DNA of 64,000 bases from Gammaproteobacteria bacterium (lineage in GTDB: Bacteria > Pseudomonadota > Gammaproteobacteria > BTQY01). The notes below the pieces were generated by a model that saw only the letters and a list, made by a program, of their open reading frames with translations, did not search any database and was not told the DNA's origin. A program made the translations under genes and the position numbers. This document shows positions 9,544 to 20,726 of this stretch, piece after piece (the first letter of the stretch is position 1; each line of letters starts with the position of its first letter). Where the stretch lies: positions 43,807 through 107,806 of the forward strand of contig BTQY01000001.1 of assembly GCA_036986115.1 (NCBI GenBank). The letters run 5' to 3'.

Positions 9544-11574
9544 TTGCCAAGTACACGACTTATCAAAATATATGCCTTTTCCAGCCTGTTAGTGCTGGTG
9601 TTTACTGCCCTGGTACTGGCATGGGCCTATCGGCAGATAGCCACGGATTCTCTGGTTAACCGGGAGATTCAGGCCAATCAGACCCTGACTTCCATGTTGG
9701 CAAATTTTGTCGGCGTGGGTTTTGCGGATTACCTTCAGACAAGCAAGCTCCAGTCTGCAGAGCAGCTTCGTCAACACCAGAAGTTCAGGTCTCTGCAAAC
9801 TGGACTGGATGCACTTACTCTCGGCCTGGATATCCCGGCAGTAACAATTATTAACGCCGAAGGCAGGATAGTCTATGCCAGGGACGTCCTGATGATTGGG
9901 CAAGTCGCAACGGGAGCACAGGGAATCAACCGGGCTCTCGATGGCAAAATCATTACCAGTATGGACATGCAGGATGGATCGTTTGCTGGTGGCCAGTATC
10001 CTCAGGGTCATTCCATCTCATCATCTTTACCGATACGGAGTTCTTCCGGTGAGATGATTGGTACCATAAGCATCATACGAAACCTTCATGGGTTGGTAAA
10101 AAACGTAACCAGCAATAGCTATGTCATTTTTTCGGTTGTCGCCATGGTATTTGCGGTGCTGTATGTATTCCTGATTGCCATCGTGCATGGTGCCTCCAGG
10201 CACGTTGATCAGGAAACCGCGAGGGAACATCAAAAGAAGGACGAAGAGATCCGTCAGTTGGCTTTTTATGACTCATTAACCGGGCTTCCCAACCAGACCA
10301 AATTCAGGGACGTCCTGGATTTGTGCACCAAACGTGCCAAACGCTATGAAAGTATATTAGGCGTGATGATCATAGGCATAGACAAATTCAAATCAATTAA
10401 TGAGAAATATGGTCATGAAGCCGGAGATGAGGCCCTTATCCAGATTGCCCGGCGACTGAGCCTGACCATAAGAGAGGTCGATGTCGCCTGTCGTTTCAGC
10501 GGTGATGAATTTATTGTGGTACTGGAAGATTTATCAGCGCCTGCCGAAGCCAGGCTTATTTCAGAACGAGTCAAGGAATGTTTGTCCAGTCCACTTGAGG
10601 TTGCAGGTCACAAGATCCATGTCACTACCTGTGCCGGTATTGCCATTTATCCGCATGACACCCAGAACACAGGGCGACTGGTCACCAATGCCATGTCGGC
10701 CATGGACCGGGCCAAACAGCTGGGCCAAAATTCCTTTGCCTATTATACGGATGAAATGAACAAACGAAACAACTCCAGGATTGAAATGGAGTCCAGTCTG
10801 GACAGGGCGATTGAGAAAAACGAGTTTATCGCCTATTACCAGCCGAAGGTTAGTGCCATTGATCAGAGAATCGTTGGCATGGAAGCCCTGATACGCTGGC
10901 AGCATCCCGAAAAGGGGCTGGTGCCACCGATAGAGTTTATTGATTTACTTGAGGAAACCGGACAGATCATCGAGGTGGGTGAATGGATGATCGGTGAGGC
11001 CGTCAGGCAATGCAAGTCATGGCATGATGCGGGTTATCCTGAATTACGTGTATCTATCAATCTTTCACCAAAACAGTTCCACTCGGTCAGTTTACTCCCA
11101 TGCGTGGAAAAGACGCTGATCGAAAATAATATAGAAGCAAAATACGTTGAGCTGGAAATAACCGAGGGCGTGCTGGCTGAGGATCCGGAAAAAGCCGTTG
11201 CCATGCTGAATGAATTAAAGGGCCTGGGGACTTCGTTGTCCGTGGATGATTTTGGTACGGGCTATTCATCGCTAAGCTATCTTACTGATTTTCCTATTGA
11301 TTACCTAAAGATCGACCGATCATTTATTCGTGACATGATGAATAACCGGCGCCACGCCTCCATTACTACTGCCATCATTGCCATCGCGAAGACCCTGCGT
11401 CTCGGGATTATTGCTGAAGGTGTGGAAGATGAGGACCAGTTCAGGTATCTCGCTTCTATGGGGTGTGATGAGATACAGGGTTTCTATTTCAGTAAGCCAG
11501 TTACCCCGGTCGCATTCACAGAACTTCTTAAACAGATGAACCCCAAACAGGCCGGCAACGCCAGCACCGCATAG
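9544..11574 (+). CDS. Membrane-bound GGDEF-EAL protein with a periplasmic sensor domain: diguanylate cyclase / c-di-GMP phosphodiesterase
   Basis: Two transmembrane segments flank a periplasmic domain. GGDEF domain with variant A-site RFSGDEF. EAL domain (EALIRWQHPEKG, DDFGTGYSSL). The start codon is uncertain (TTG at 9544). Confidence 0.85.
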   Translation: MPSTRLIKIYAFSSLLVLVFTALVLAWAYRQIATDSLVNREIQANQTLTSMLANFVGVGFADYLQTSKLQSAEQLRQHQKFRSLQTGLDALTLGLDIPAVTIINAEGRIVYARDVLMIGQVATGAQGINRALDGKIITSMDMQDGSFAGGQYPQGHSISSSLPIRSSSGEMIGTISIIRNLHGLVKNVTSNSYVIFSVVAMVFAVLYVFLIAIVHGASRHVDQETAREHQKKDEEIRQLAFYDSLTGLPNQTKFRDVLDLCTKRAKRYESILGVMIIGIDKFKSINEKYGHEAGDEALIQIARRLSLTIREVDVACRFSGDEFIVVLEDLSAPAEARLISERVKECLSSPLEVAGHKIHVTTCAGIAIYPHDTQNTGRLVTNAMSAMDRAKQLGQNSFAYYTDEMNKRNNSRIEMESSLDRAIEKNEFIAYYQPKVSAIDQRIVGMEALIRWQHPEKGLVPPIEFIDLLEETGQIIEVGEWMIGEAVRQCKSWHDAGYPELRVSINLSPKQFHSVSLLPCVEKTLIENNIEAKYVELEITEGVLAEDPEKAVAMLNELKGLGTSLSVDDFGTGYSSLSYLTDFPIDYLKIDRSFIRDMMNNRRHASITTAIIAIAKTLRLGIIAEGVEDEDQFRYLASMGCDEIQGFYFSKPVTPVAFTELLKQMNPKQAGNASTA

Positions 11575-11699
11575 GTTTTCTGCCGCAGGCCATTATCAGG
11601 GTAATTGACAAACACTGGGATATGTATAGGCTGGCTGCCAGTGATGGGTTCATCAGGCCAGCAACATGGCCGGCCCAGTCCGGGCCTTGAGGCGCACAT

Positions 11700-12080
11700 A
11701 TGTCAGGAAGGTATACAATATTATATGTTGATGACGACCCCAGTAACCTGAAACTGGTGGAACACACCCTGCGTCAGCGCGATGATATTGATTTTTTCGA
11801 GGCAATAAATGGTACCGCAGGAATAGCGCACGCAGTAAGTATTCATCCTGATCTTATCTTGCTGGACATTAGTCTGCCTGACATGGATGGTTTTGAAGTT
11901 CTGCATAAGCTTCGTCAACAGGAACAGATGCGGGATATACCGGTACTGGCATTAAGTGCGCATTGTATGCCGAATGATGTAGAACGTGGCAGGCAAGCCG
12001 GTTTTGCTGAATACCTGAGCAAGCCCTTTAATTTGAAAGAATTTCTTGGCTGTCTGAAACAGTACCTGCCTGTGGACTAG
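11700..12080 (+). CDS. Stand-alone CheY-like response regulator receiver
   Basis: ILYVDDDPSNL...LLDISLPDMDG...SKPF is a receiver-domain pattern. No output domain. Confidence 0.8.
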   Translation: MSGRYTILYVDDDPSNLKLVEHTLRQRDDIDFFEAINGTAGIAHAVSIHPDLILLDISLPDMDGFEVLHKLRQQEQMRDIPVLALSAHCMPNDVERGRQAGFAEYLSKPFNLKEFLGCLKQYLPVD

Positions 12081-12089
12081 TGGTCAGAT

Positions 12090-14387
12090 TTACCCCGTTG
12101 CTACTCGCCGCAGTTGTTCCAGATCGGTTTGTCCCATGATTAGTTTGTGAATACCATCCTGCAACAAGGTCCGCATGCCTTCTTTCATGGCCTGTTCCTT
12201 GATCTGCGAGGCGGTCCCTTTTTCATAGATGATATCGGTGATCGCCTGGGAATTGACCAGTAGTTCATGAATACCGGTTCGGCCACGATAGCCAGTATCC
12301 CCACATTTACTGCATCCAATCGCCTTGTAGAGCATGGTATCTTCATTGAGATCAAGCTCATTCAGGTATTCCTTGCCAAAATATCTTTTCAACAAAGTCA
12401 CTTCTACCTTGTCCGGTTTGTAGGCAACTTTACAGTCGTTGCACAAGGTCCGAACCAGGCGCTGTGCGAGAACACCAAGCAGCGCATCAGAAAAGTTGAT
12501 TGGATCTATCCCGAGATCCAGCAATCGCACTACTGTCTCGGGCGCCGAGTTGGTATGCAGGGTGGACATTACCAGGTGTCCTGTCAGCGAGGCTTCTACA
12601 CCGGCACTGGCCGTCTCACCATCACGCATCTCACCAATCATGATGACATCCGGGTCGGCGCGCAAGAATGAACGCAACGCGGCAGCGAAATCAAAGCCGA
12701 TTTTCGGCAGTACCTGGACCTGTTGCAAGCCGGCCTGGGTGATTTCCACCGGGTCTTCCGCTGTCCAGATTTTCCGTTCAGGCGTATTAATGTGACCAAG
12801 TACTGCATGCAAGGTAGTGGTCTTGCCCGAACCCGTGGGCCCTACCACCAGGAAGATCCCATGGGGACGGGCCACCAGTTTCTTGGTATTTTTCAGATTA
12901 TTCTTTAGCAGGTTCAATTTCTCCAGCGGTAGTGGCTCACTGGTGGCGAGGATACGCATCACCACACTCTCGCCGTTGACTGTGGGTATCGTGGCTATAC
13001 GTAGTTCTATAGGAGTCCCCCGGTAACGGACGACCAGCTTTCCATCCTGTGGTTTACGACGTTCTGTAATATCCAGTTTGGCCATCACCTTGATGCGTGA
13101 TACCACCGCGCGTATATGGGAAGAAGGAATCGTTAACGAACGCTGACAGATACCATCAATACGAAGACGGACACTGGAGGGTTTTCTGCCTTTCCCCGGT
13201 TCGATATGGATATCTGAGGCACGGGCACGATAGGCATCCAGGATGAGCTGGTTTACCAGTTGAATCACTGTAGCTTCATTTTCATCCACGGTATCCGTAT
13301 CGAGTTCATCTTCAATGTCTTCAACCTCAAGGCGGCCCAGCAGCTCACTAAGATCGATATCCACGCCACCGCCAGCATCCAGGCCAAGGTATTTGCGGAT
13401 GTCATCAGGCAGACCCAGTTTGAAGGCATAGTTGTGGGCCCCCAGCAATTGCTGGATCTCCATAATTCGGCGGGTATCTGTCGGGTCATCAATCAGGATA
13501 ATGGCTTCCTGTTTATCGCCATCAATAGGGACCCATAACTGCTTGCGCAGATAGGTCTCGTTGAGCCCCTTCATCAGGGCCTTGGGGACCTCAAGATTAC
13601 TATCGTAGGGCATGTAGGGGACCTGATAGTAACGTTCCAGTGAGGTACCAATCTCCGGTGCACTGATGCGTGTTTCACCCAGCAGCAACTGCGTCACTGT
13701 TGTTCCTTCGCGTTCAGCGCGCTCAGTGAAGTTACCCAGATCTTTCTGACTTAGCTTGTTATTGTGAATCAGGTATTCATACGGGCCACTGGTACCACCC
13801 AGATCATAGCGAAATTTTTGTCCGAGGATCTTGGCCACTTTCATGGCATTGATCATGTCCTTGTCGGTATAGGGCTCACCACCCTTGCGATTGAGGACTT
13901 GCATGACACCGAGCAGGACAGCATCATATTTGATAGGCAGGACGATCATTGAGCGGGTTCTGAAACCGCTTTTACGGTCGAACGAGGCGTCGAATTCAAG
14001 GTTTGGGTGAATCGACTTTAGCTCGCTTTCATTATAGACATCGTTGATACGAATCGGTCTCTGGCTGAGGGCGACATATCCGGAGATTGACGCAGTGGAT
14101 AGCGGCACGCGTATTTCAAGGGTATCGTCGCCCGATTTGTATTTGGAGACTATCTCCTGTTCACCTCTGGAACGTTGATAGATGGTGATCCGTTCTGAAA
14201 GCAACACATGCAGCAGATTGTTTTCGATCTTCGGCATGATGCTATAGAAATCTTCTGAACCATGGATGGCCTGCATCAGATCATTCAGGCGTGTTTGATA
14301 CTCAAGGGATGCCAGCGAATGCTTCAATTGATCTGAAGAACCTTGCTGCTTCTTTTCAGCGGTGAGGCTTTCTGCTGTCTTGGCCAT
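12090..14387 (-). CDS. GspE/PilB-family type II/IV secretion ATPase with an N-terminal GAF domain. No partner secretion genes nearby.
   Basis: Walker A (GPTGSGKTTT). Tetracysteine zinc motif (CNDCKV...CSKCGDTGY). T2SSE N-terminal domain. An extra N-terminal GAF-like domain of about 190 aa. No other T2SS or type IV pilus genes in the window. Confidence 0.8.
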   Translation of the reverse strand: MAKTAESLTAEKKQQGSSDQLKHSLASLEYQTRLNDLMQAIHGSEDFYSIMPKIENNLLHVLLSERITIYQRSRGEQEIVSKYKSGDDTLEIRVPLSTASISGYVALSQRPIRINDVYNESELKSIHPNLEFDASFDRKSGFRTRSMIVLPIKYDAVLLGVMQVLNRKGGEPYTDKDMINAMKVAKILGQKFRYDLGGTSGPYEYLIHNNKLSQKDLGNFTERAEREGTTVTQLLLGETRISAPEIGTSLERYYQVPYMPYDSNLEVPKALMKGLNETYLRKQLWVPIDGDKQEAIILIDDPTDTRRIMEIQQLLGAHNYAFKLGLPDDIRKYLGLDAGGGVDIDLSELLGRLEVEDIEDELDTDTVDENEATVIQLVNQLILDAYRARASDIHIEPGKGRKPSSVRLRIDGICQRSLTIPSSHIRAVVSRIKVMAKLDITERRKPQDGKLVVRYRGTPIELRIATIPTVNGESVVMRILATSEPLPLEKLNLLKNNLKNTKKLVARPHGIFLVVGPTGSGKTTTLHAVLGHINTPERKIWTAEDPVEITQAGLQQVQVLPKIGFDFAAALRSFLRADPDVIMIGEMRDGETASAGVEASLTGHLVMSTLHTNSAPETVVRLLDLGIDPINFSDALLGVLAQRLVRTLCNDCKVAYKPDKVEVTLLKRYFGKEYLNELDLNEDTMLYKAIGCSKCGDTGYRGRTGIHELLVNSQAITDIIYEKGTASQIKEQAMKEGMRTLLQDGIHKLIMGQTDLEQLRRVATG

Positions 14388-14871
14388 ACTCAGGATTTGT
14401 CCGTATTGATATTGTTATGCCGTCCCCGTAGCATTTTGGCAGGCATGTATTTTTATTTATGAGGCACTCGTTTAGTCACGCATGCAACACAGGTGCAATT
14501 ATCCAAGTGTAGCCCGAATTTCGATGTTTTTCGGCTTTACCAGGCGGTAACGCACTGTTTTATTCACCAATTCCGGGTATTTCGAGCAGCATAAGCCAGC
14601 GTATCGGCCAAGGCTCGCCCGGACCCCGTGCGTATTCCATAACTATATGATAATTCAATGTTTCCTGGTTTATGATGGGCGGCAATGAGACACGCCCCTG
14701 CCAACCTCGACAGCCCCCTGAAGTCGATCTCAACCCGGGAGAGAGAACGCCCAGGGAGTACGGGGAATGCCTCAATCAGGGCCTGCCCCGGCGCCGTAAC
14801 CTGACTGAACCCGTCAATACAAGCATGTTAGACTACGAGCTTATGCGGCCCTTAAGGATCGATTATCGGTC

Positions 14872-16245
14872 ATGAACAAGCGTCTTTATATCCACACATT
14901 TGGTTGCCAGATGAATGAATACGATTCGTCCCGAATGGCTGATCTGTTGCTCCAGTCCCATGGAATGGAGCGAGTGCATAGCCCCGAGGCGGCCGATGTG
15001 TTGTTACTGAATACCTGCTCGATCCGCGAGAAGGCCCAGGAGAAGGTGTTTTCCCAGCTCGGACGGTGGCGCCAATTGAAGCAGCTTCGCCCGAACCTGG
15101 TAATTGGGGTAGGGGGATGTGTCGCCAGCCAGGAAGGTGAGCTATTGAGGCAGCGGGCACCCTATGTCGACATCGTGTTTGGCCCGCAGACACTACAGCG
15201 TTTACCGGAGTTGCTGGATGAGTTGGCAGGCCATCACCAGCCGGTCATGGATATCTCTTTTCCCGAGATGGAGAAGTTTGATCGCCTGCCAGAGCCGCGT
15301 GCTGAAGGCCCCACGGCGTTTGTCTCGGTGATGGAGGGCTGCAGTAAATATTGTACCTTCTGTGTGGTGCCCTACACCCGGGGTGAAGAGGTTAGCCGGC
15401 CATTCGATGACGTGCTGGCCGAAGTGGTGTGTCTGGCGAACCAGGGGGTACGTGAAGTCACCCTGCTGGGCCAGAATGTCAATGCCTATCGTGGTTCTAT
15501 GCACGATGGCGAAATCGCCGATCTTGCGCTGCTTATTACCTATGTTGCCGCCGTGGAGGGTATTGAGCGGGTGCGTTTTACCACGTCTCATCCGCTGGAG
15601 TTTTCAGACAGCCTGGCGGACGCCTACGCACAGGTCCCCGAACTGGCCAGTTATTTACACTTGCCAGTGCAGTCCGGCGCCGATCGGATCCTGGCGCAGA
15701 TGAAGCGCGGCCATACGGCGTGGGAGTATGTTGAGAAGATCGCCCGCCTGAGGGAAAAACGCCCGGATATTTCATTGTCTTCGGACTTTATTGTTGGATT
15801 CCCCGGTGAGATGGATGCAGATTTTCAGGCCACCATGGATCTAATCGAGCAGGTTGGCTTCGATCACTCCTACAGTTTTATTTATAGCCCGCGTCCGGGG
15901 ACCCCGGCGGCCAGTATGGACGATAGTGTCCCGTTACAGGTCAAGCGACAGCGCCTGAGTATCCTGCAGGCACGCATTGCTGAGATGGCGGCGGACATCA
16001 GCAGGCGTATGCTGGGTAGCCGGCAACGACTGCTGGTGGCCGGGCCGTCCCGTAAAGACCCGGATGTTTTGTCAGGTCGTACCGAAAATAACCGGGTGGT
16101 GAATTTTGCCGCCAGCCAGGATCTCATTGGTGAATTCGTTGATGTCCGTATCATTGAGGCACTGCCAAATTCCCTGCGCGGCGAGTTGCTGCCGATGCCG
16201 ACCGAGATAACGGCACAGATGACGGGCTCGGGCAGCGCCGCCTGA
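14872..16245 (+). CDS. miaB: tRNA-2-methylthio-N6-dimethylallyladenosine synthase
   Basis: N-terminus [19 protein letters not shown]. Radical-SAM CxxxCxxC motif (CSKYCTFC). C-terminal TRAM domain. Confidence 0.9.
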   Translation: MNKRLYIHTFGCQMNEYDSSRMADLLLQSHGMERVHSPEAADVLLLNTCSIREKAQEKVFSQLGRWRQLKQLRPNLVIGVGGCVASQEGELLRQRAPYVDIVFGPQTLQRLPELLDELAGHHQPVMDISFPEMEKFDRLPEPRAEGPTAFVSVMEGCSKYCTFCVVPYTRGEEVSRPFDDVLAEVVCLANQGVREVTLLGQNVNAYRGSMHDGEIADLALLITYVAAVEGIERVRFTTSHPLEFSDSLADAYAQVPELASYLHLPVQSGADRILAQMKRGHTAWEYVEKIARLREKRPDISLSSDFIVGFPGEMDADFQATMDLIEQVGFDHSYSFIYSPRPGTPAASMDDSVPLQVKRQRLSILQARIAEMAADISRRMLGSRQRLLVAGPSRKDPDVLSGRTENNRVVNFAASQDLIGEFVDVRIIEALPNSLRGELLPMPTEITAQMTGSGSAA

Positions 16246-16383
16246 TCCAGATGGATTATGACCAATGGATAATTAAGCGACTAACTGCATCGGAGCCACC
16301 GGGCACTGGTCATCTGACTGGGCTATAATTTACAGATGTAGCGGTGACATCACAGGCCAATAAATTGATTTTACCCGTAAACC

Positions 16384-17376
16384 TTGAGTACACAAATTCT
16401 TAATTCACAATTCGTTCTGCAGCCTGCCGACAATCGTCGGTTGGCTAATCTGTGTGGTCAGTTCGATGAACACCTGCGCCAGATAGAGCGCAACTTCGGT
16501 GTCGAGATCAGCAATCGGGGCAACACCTTTCAGTTGTTGGGGGAACAGCAGTCTGTTCATGCCACAGAGGAACTGTTGCAAAGCCTGTATGAAGAGGCCA
16601 GTAACGATGTACTGACGCCGGCCAAGGTACACTTGTTCCTGCGCGAGTCAGGCATCGAAGTGCCCGTGTTACCCCTTTGCGAAGATGATGATGAAGAGGT
16701 CATTGTCCATCTTAAGCGCGGTATCGTGAAGGGACGGGGCTACCACCAGCGCCAGTATCTCAGGAATATCATGAAGCATGATGTGAATATCGGGGTAGGG
16801 CCTGCAGGGACCGGCAAGACATACCTTGCGGTTGCCTGCGCAGTGGATGCCCTGCAGCGTGAAACTGTCAAACGTATCATACTGGTCAGGCCCGCGGTCG
16901 AGGCGGGTGAACGTCTCGGTTTTTTACCGGGTGATCTGTCACAGAAGATAGACCCTTATCTGAGGCCCCTGTTCGATGCCCTGTATGAAATGATGGGCAT
17001 AGAACAGGTAAATAAACTGGTGGAACACAATGTGATAGAAGTGGCGCCACTGGCATACATGCGTGGTCGAACCCTGAATGATTCATTCGTGATCCTTGAT
17101 GAGGCCCAGAATACCACCATGGAACAAATGAAAATGTTTTTGACCCGAATTGGATTCGGCTCAACGGCGGTAGTCAATGGGGACATCACCCAGGTTGATT
17201 TGCCTCGTGGTGTCACTTCCGGTCTGCGCCACGTACTCGAGGTATTGTCAGAGGTTTCCGCTATCAGTTTTACATTTTTTACGCCAAAAGACGTCGTAAG
17301 GCATCCATTGGTACAACGTATTGTGCAGGCCTATGAAGCCTTTGACAGTGATAATACAGATGAGGGCAAGAAATAG
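16384..17376 (+). CDS. ybeZ: PhoH-like ATPase
   Basis: Walker A ([11 protein letters not shown]). Sits in the conserved ybeZ-ybeY-corC-lnt arrangement. Confidence 0.9.
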   Translation: MSTQILNSQFVLQPADNRRLANLCGQFDEHLRQIERNFGVEISNRGNTFQLLGEQQSVHATEELLQSLYEEASNDVLTPAKVHLFLRESGIEVPVLPLCEDDDEEVIVHLKRGIVKGRGYHQRQYLRNIMKHDVNIGVGPAGTGKTYLAVACAVDALQRETVKRIILVRPAVEAGERLGFLPGDLSQKIDPYLRPLFDALYEMMGIEQVNKLVEHNVIEVAPLAYMRGRTLNDSFVILDEAQNTTMEQMKMFLTRIGFGSTAVVNGDITQVDLPRGVTSGLRHVLEVLSEVSAISFTFFTPKDVVRHPLVQRIVQAYEAFDSDNTDEGKK

Positions 17377-17840
17377 TGGAAATTGATGTTCAATATGCGA
17401 TCCAGGATGACAGTGTCCCTGCTCAGGAAGATTTCAGACGTTGGGCCAATGCGGCCCTGGAGGGACGACAAGATGACCCGGAACTGACGATTCGGGTAGT
17501 GGATCAGGCCGAGAGCACCTCGTTGAATGAAAAATATCGAGGCAAACAGGGTGCCACCAATGTATTGTCTTTCCCCAGCGAGGCCCCGCTGGAAATAGCC
17601 GGTAATTTACTGGGGGATCTGGTGATATGTGCACCGGTTGTAGAGGAAGAGGCCGTTGCCCAGGAAAAGAATCTTGACTCACACTGGGCACATATGGTGA
17701 TCCATGGAGTGTTACATTTGATAGGATATGACCATAGCTCAGCGGAAGCCGCTGATGCGATGGAATCGCTTGAGGTCGAGATCCTCGCCAACCTGGATTA
17801 TCCCAATCCATATGATCCCAATTCGGGTGATCCAGGCTGA
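17376..17840 (+). CDS. ybeY: Endoribonuclease YbeY
   Basis: H-x-x-x-H-x-x-G-x-D-H zinc motif ([11 protein letters not shown]). Starts directly at the ybeZ stop codon. Confidence 0.9.
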   Translation: MEIDVQYAIQDDSVPAQEDFRRWANAALEGRQDDPELTIRVVDQAESTSLNEKYRGKQGATNVLSFPSEAPLEIAGNLLGDLVICAPVVEEEAVAQEKNLDSHWAHMVIHGVLHLIGYDHSSAEAADAMESLEVEILANLDYPNPYDPNSGDPG

Positions 17841-17885
17841 CGGAGATTTCCGTGGCAATAAAGGAGGCGATACAACGTACGCTAT

Positions 17886-18806
17886 ATGGCCGAACGACCT
17901 AGTAACGGTCCTGTTCACTGGTTGCTGAAAAAAATACGCAAGTTAATTCCAGGCAAACCACAGGATCGAAATCAACTCATTAACGTCCTGCGAGACGCTG
18001 AAAATGTAAACCTGATGGATGCCGATACCCTGAGTATGGTGGAGGGTGTCCTTGAAACAACGGAAATGCAGGTCCGCGATATTATGATCCCACGTTCACA
18101 CATGGTAGTGATCGAGCGAGATGCGTCACTGGATGATATTCTTCCAATTATTGTAGAGTATGGGCACTCACGGTTCCCGGTTATCGGAGATGGTCGTGAT
18201 GAGGTGGTTGGTGCCGTATTTGCGAAATCTTTATTGCCATATTTTATTGAAGGCAAACGTGACGAATTTAATATTCGTGAGATCATGCGGCCCCCTGTAT
18301 TCATTCCTGAAAGTAAACGATTGAATGTATTACTTAAGGAATTCCGCTCCAGTCGTAATCATATCGCTATCGTGGTTGATGAGTATGGTGGTGTGGCGGG
18401 CCTGGTCACCATTGAAGATGTGCTTGAACAGATTGTTGGTGATATTGAAGGTGAGCATGGTCTGGAAGATGATAAATTCATCATGCAATTTAATGAGAAT
18501 GAATTTACGGTCAAGGCCCTGACGACCATTGAAGAATTCAACGAAAAATTTACCACCGATATCAGCGACGAGGAATTCGATACTATTGGCGGGTTCGTCA
18601 TGCACACACTGGGGCACTTGCCCCGGCGAGGTGAGACATTTGATGTGGCCGATCTTCGTTTCAGGATCCTGCGGGCAGACAAACGCCGCGTACATTTATT
18701 ACACCTTACCCGAATAGATTCTTCAGGGCCCTCGTCAGGATCCATCGAGGGAACCCCTGAAGAAATAAAGGCACAGCAAGATATGGCAGCAGGTCAGGAC
18801 TCGTAG
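17886..18806 (+). CDS. corC: CorC/HlyC-family CBS-domain Mg/Co efflux protein
   Basis: Tandem CBS domains plus a C-terminal transporter-associated (CorC_HlyC) domain. Conserved position after ybeY. Confidence 0.85.
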   Translation: MAERPSNGPVHWLLKKIRKLIPGKPQDRNQLINVLRDAENVNLMDADTLSMVEGVLETTEMQVRDIMIPRSHMVVIERDASLDDILPIIVEYGHSRFPVIGDGRDEVVGAVFAKSLLPYFIEGKRDEFNIREIMRPPVFIPESKRLNVLLKEFRSSRNHIAIVVDEYGGVAGLVTIEDVLEQIVGDIEGEHGLEDDKFIMQFNENEFTVKALTTIEEFNEKFTTDISDEEFDTIGGFVMHTLGHLPRRGETFDVADLRFRILRADKRRVHLLHLTRIDSSGPSSGSIEGTPEEIKAQQDMAAGQDS

Positions 18807-18812
18807 TCTTCG

Positions 18813-20354
18813 ATGAAGCCTGATTCTGCCGCTCTGGGTTCCTCCATTCTGAATTCTTCATGGGGCAAGAAGTGCCAGGTACTGATTGCCGGTGCGCTAT
18901 TGCCGCTGGCCTTTGCACCGTTTGACCTGAGCCTGTTTGCCATCGTGTCCCCGGCCGTGCTGTTTGCGATATGGCTCGGTGATACTCCCCGCCAGGCCAT
19001 GACACACGGGTTTTTGTTTGGTCTGGGCCAGTTTGGGACCGGTGCCTCGTGGGTCTATGTGAGCATCAATGAGTTCGGTCATACGGGTTTTATCGTGGCA
19101 TTATTCCTGACCTTATCCTTCGTCGCGGTACTCGCGCTGTTTCCATTGCTGGTCGGTTACCTTGTCCGCCGCATAAGAGGTAGCGATACGATTATGCTAC
19201 TGCTATCCATACCGGCGTTATGGACCCTGGGTGAATGGATGCGGGGCTGGTTTCTGAGCGGGTTTTCCTGGTTACATCTCGGCTATAGCCAGACCGATAC
19301 CTGGCTATCTGCGTATGCGCCCGTCGGCGGAGTGTATCTGGTTAGCTGGGTAGTGGCGATGCTGGCAGGGCTGCTGGTGTTGTTGCTCAGGCACTGGCGG
19401 CGTCAGGGCATCAAGGCGGTTTTATTGTCTGGATTACTGATATCCGGCGGTTTTGTTCTGCAGAAAGTTGAGTGGGTGAGCGCCGCTGGTGATGCCCTCA
19501 AGGTCTCACTGATACAGGGGAACATCAGTCAGCATAACAAGTGGCAGAGTGATCAGCGTCAGCCGACCTTGTCGATGTATCGCAGGTTGACCGAGGAGCA
19601 CCTGGATAGCGATATTGTTATCTGGCCAGAGACCGCTATCCCCGCCTGGTTTCATAGCGTACAGGATGGCTACCTCAAAGAGCTGACATCGCTTGCGGTC
19701 GAGAGCAAGACCTCTATTATTACGGGCATTGTGATGGCCAACCCCAGGACCGGAAAATATTACAACAGCCTGATAGCGATCGACAGTAGCAATCCTGAGG
19801 TCCAGTTTTATAACAAGGACCACCTGGTACCATTCGGGGAATATGTCCCGCTGGAGTCGTGGCTCAGGGGGCTAATAGGTTTTTTTGAATTACCGATGTC
19901 GAATTTTAGTCGTGGTGGTCAACAACAGCCATTGATCTCGGTTAACGGTCAACAGATAGGCTCGTCAATATGTTATGAGATTGCATTTGGTGAAGAAGTG
20001 ATTAATGCCTTGCCTGCGGCAAGTATACTGGTCAATATCAGTAATGACGCCTGGTTTGGCGGTTCCCTGGGCCCCTACCAGCATCTGCAGATCGCCAGGA
20101 TGCGTTCAATCGAAACCGGCCGACCGTTGTTGCGTGCGACCAATACCGGGATCACTGCCATTGTTGATCATCATGGAAAGATTCAGAATTCAGCGCCACA
20201 GGATAAACGCCTGGTGGTCAGCGGCTCTGTCCAGCCCCAGCAAGGTACAACGCCTTATGTCCGTGTCGGGAACATGCTGGTGATTGTATTTATGTTGCTG
20301 CTGCTGTTTTTTGCGGAGATGTTCTCTGGCAGGCGAAGACATGAATCTGGTTAG
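18813..20354 (+). CDS. lnt: Apolipoprotein N-acyltransferase
   Basis: N-terminal polytopic membrane region plus a CN-hydrolase domain (IWPETAIP...; ICYE catalytic Cys region). Conserved synteny. Confidence 0.9.
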   Translation: MKPDSAALGSSILNSSWGKKCQVLIAGALLPLAFAPFDLSLFAIVSPAVLFAIWLGDTPRQAMTHGFLFGLGQFGTGASWVYVSINEFGHTGFIVALFLTLSFVAVLALFPLLVGYLVRRIRGSDTIMLLLSIPALWTLGEWMRGWFLSGFSWLHLGYSQTDTWLSAYAPVGGVYLVSWVVAMLAGLLVLLLRHWRRQGIKAVLLSGLLISGGFVLQKVEWVSAAGDALKVSLIQGNISQHNKWQSDQRQPTLSMYRRLTEEHLDSDIVIWPETAIPAWFHSVQDGYLKELTSLAVESKTSIITGIVMANPRTGKYYNSLIAIDSSNPEVQFYNKDHLVPFGEYVPLESWLRGLIGFFELPMSNFSRGGQQQPLISVNGQQIGSSICYEIAFGEEVINALPAASILVNISNDAWFGGSLGPYQHLQIARMRSIETGRPLLRATNTGITAIVDHHGKIQNSAPQDKRLVVSGSVQPQQGTTPYVRVGNMLVIVFMLLLLFFAEMFSGRRRHESG

Positions 20355-20726
20355 TGCCCCCTGGCTCGAATCTTTCAGGATTTAACCGTAGCGAGTGCGC
20401 TTATTCTCCATTGCTTTTGCAGACCCAGGGGCCAGCATTGGCCGGAATGGGGCGTAAAGCGGGAAGATCTCCAGAGGGGACAACGCAATCGGGCAAGCTA
20501 TCGCGGTGATAAGAAAATCAGGTATTCTGACCCCTTGATCCTTGCCTTGATCCTTGATCACGGGAAAGGGCATATCAAGGTTGACAACAGGGACCAGGGG
20601 TGGGGAGAATAACTTTGCAGGCTATATGGGTGTGAGGAGAAGAAAGATGGCTTGGATCCAGGCTCACGCAGTGGGCAACGCGGTTAAATCCGTTTCGCAT
20701 CACGAAAGCAATTTCCTGTTCATGGG

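Noticed and set aside
14388-14871. About 480-bp spacer between the GspE-like gene and miaB, searched for sigma-54 or small-gene signals
   Set aside because: There is a TGGCAG-N5-TATTT near 14430, but it lacks the conserved GC of the -12 element. Small ORFs such as 14672-14875 have no ribosome-binding site or motifs.
20526-20560. Short direct repeats CCTTGATCC / CCTTGATC in the lnt-kinase spacer
   Set aside because: Only about 9-bp units of low complexity. No flanking features suggest a mobile element or regulator site.
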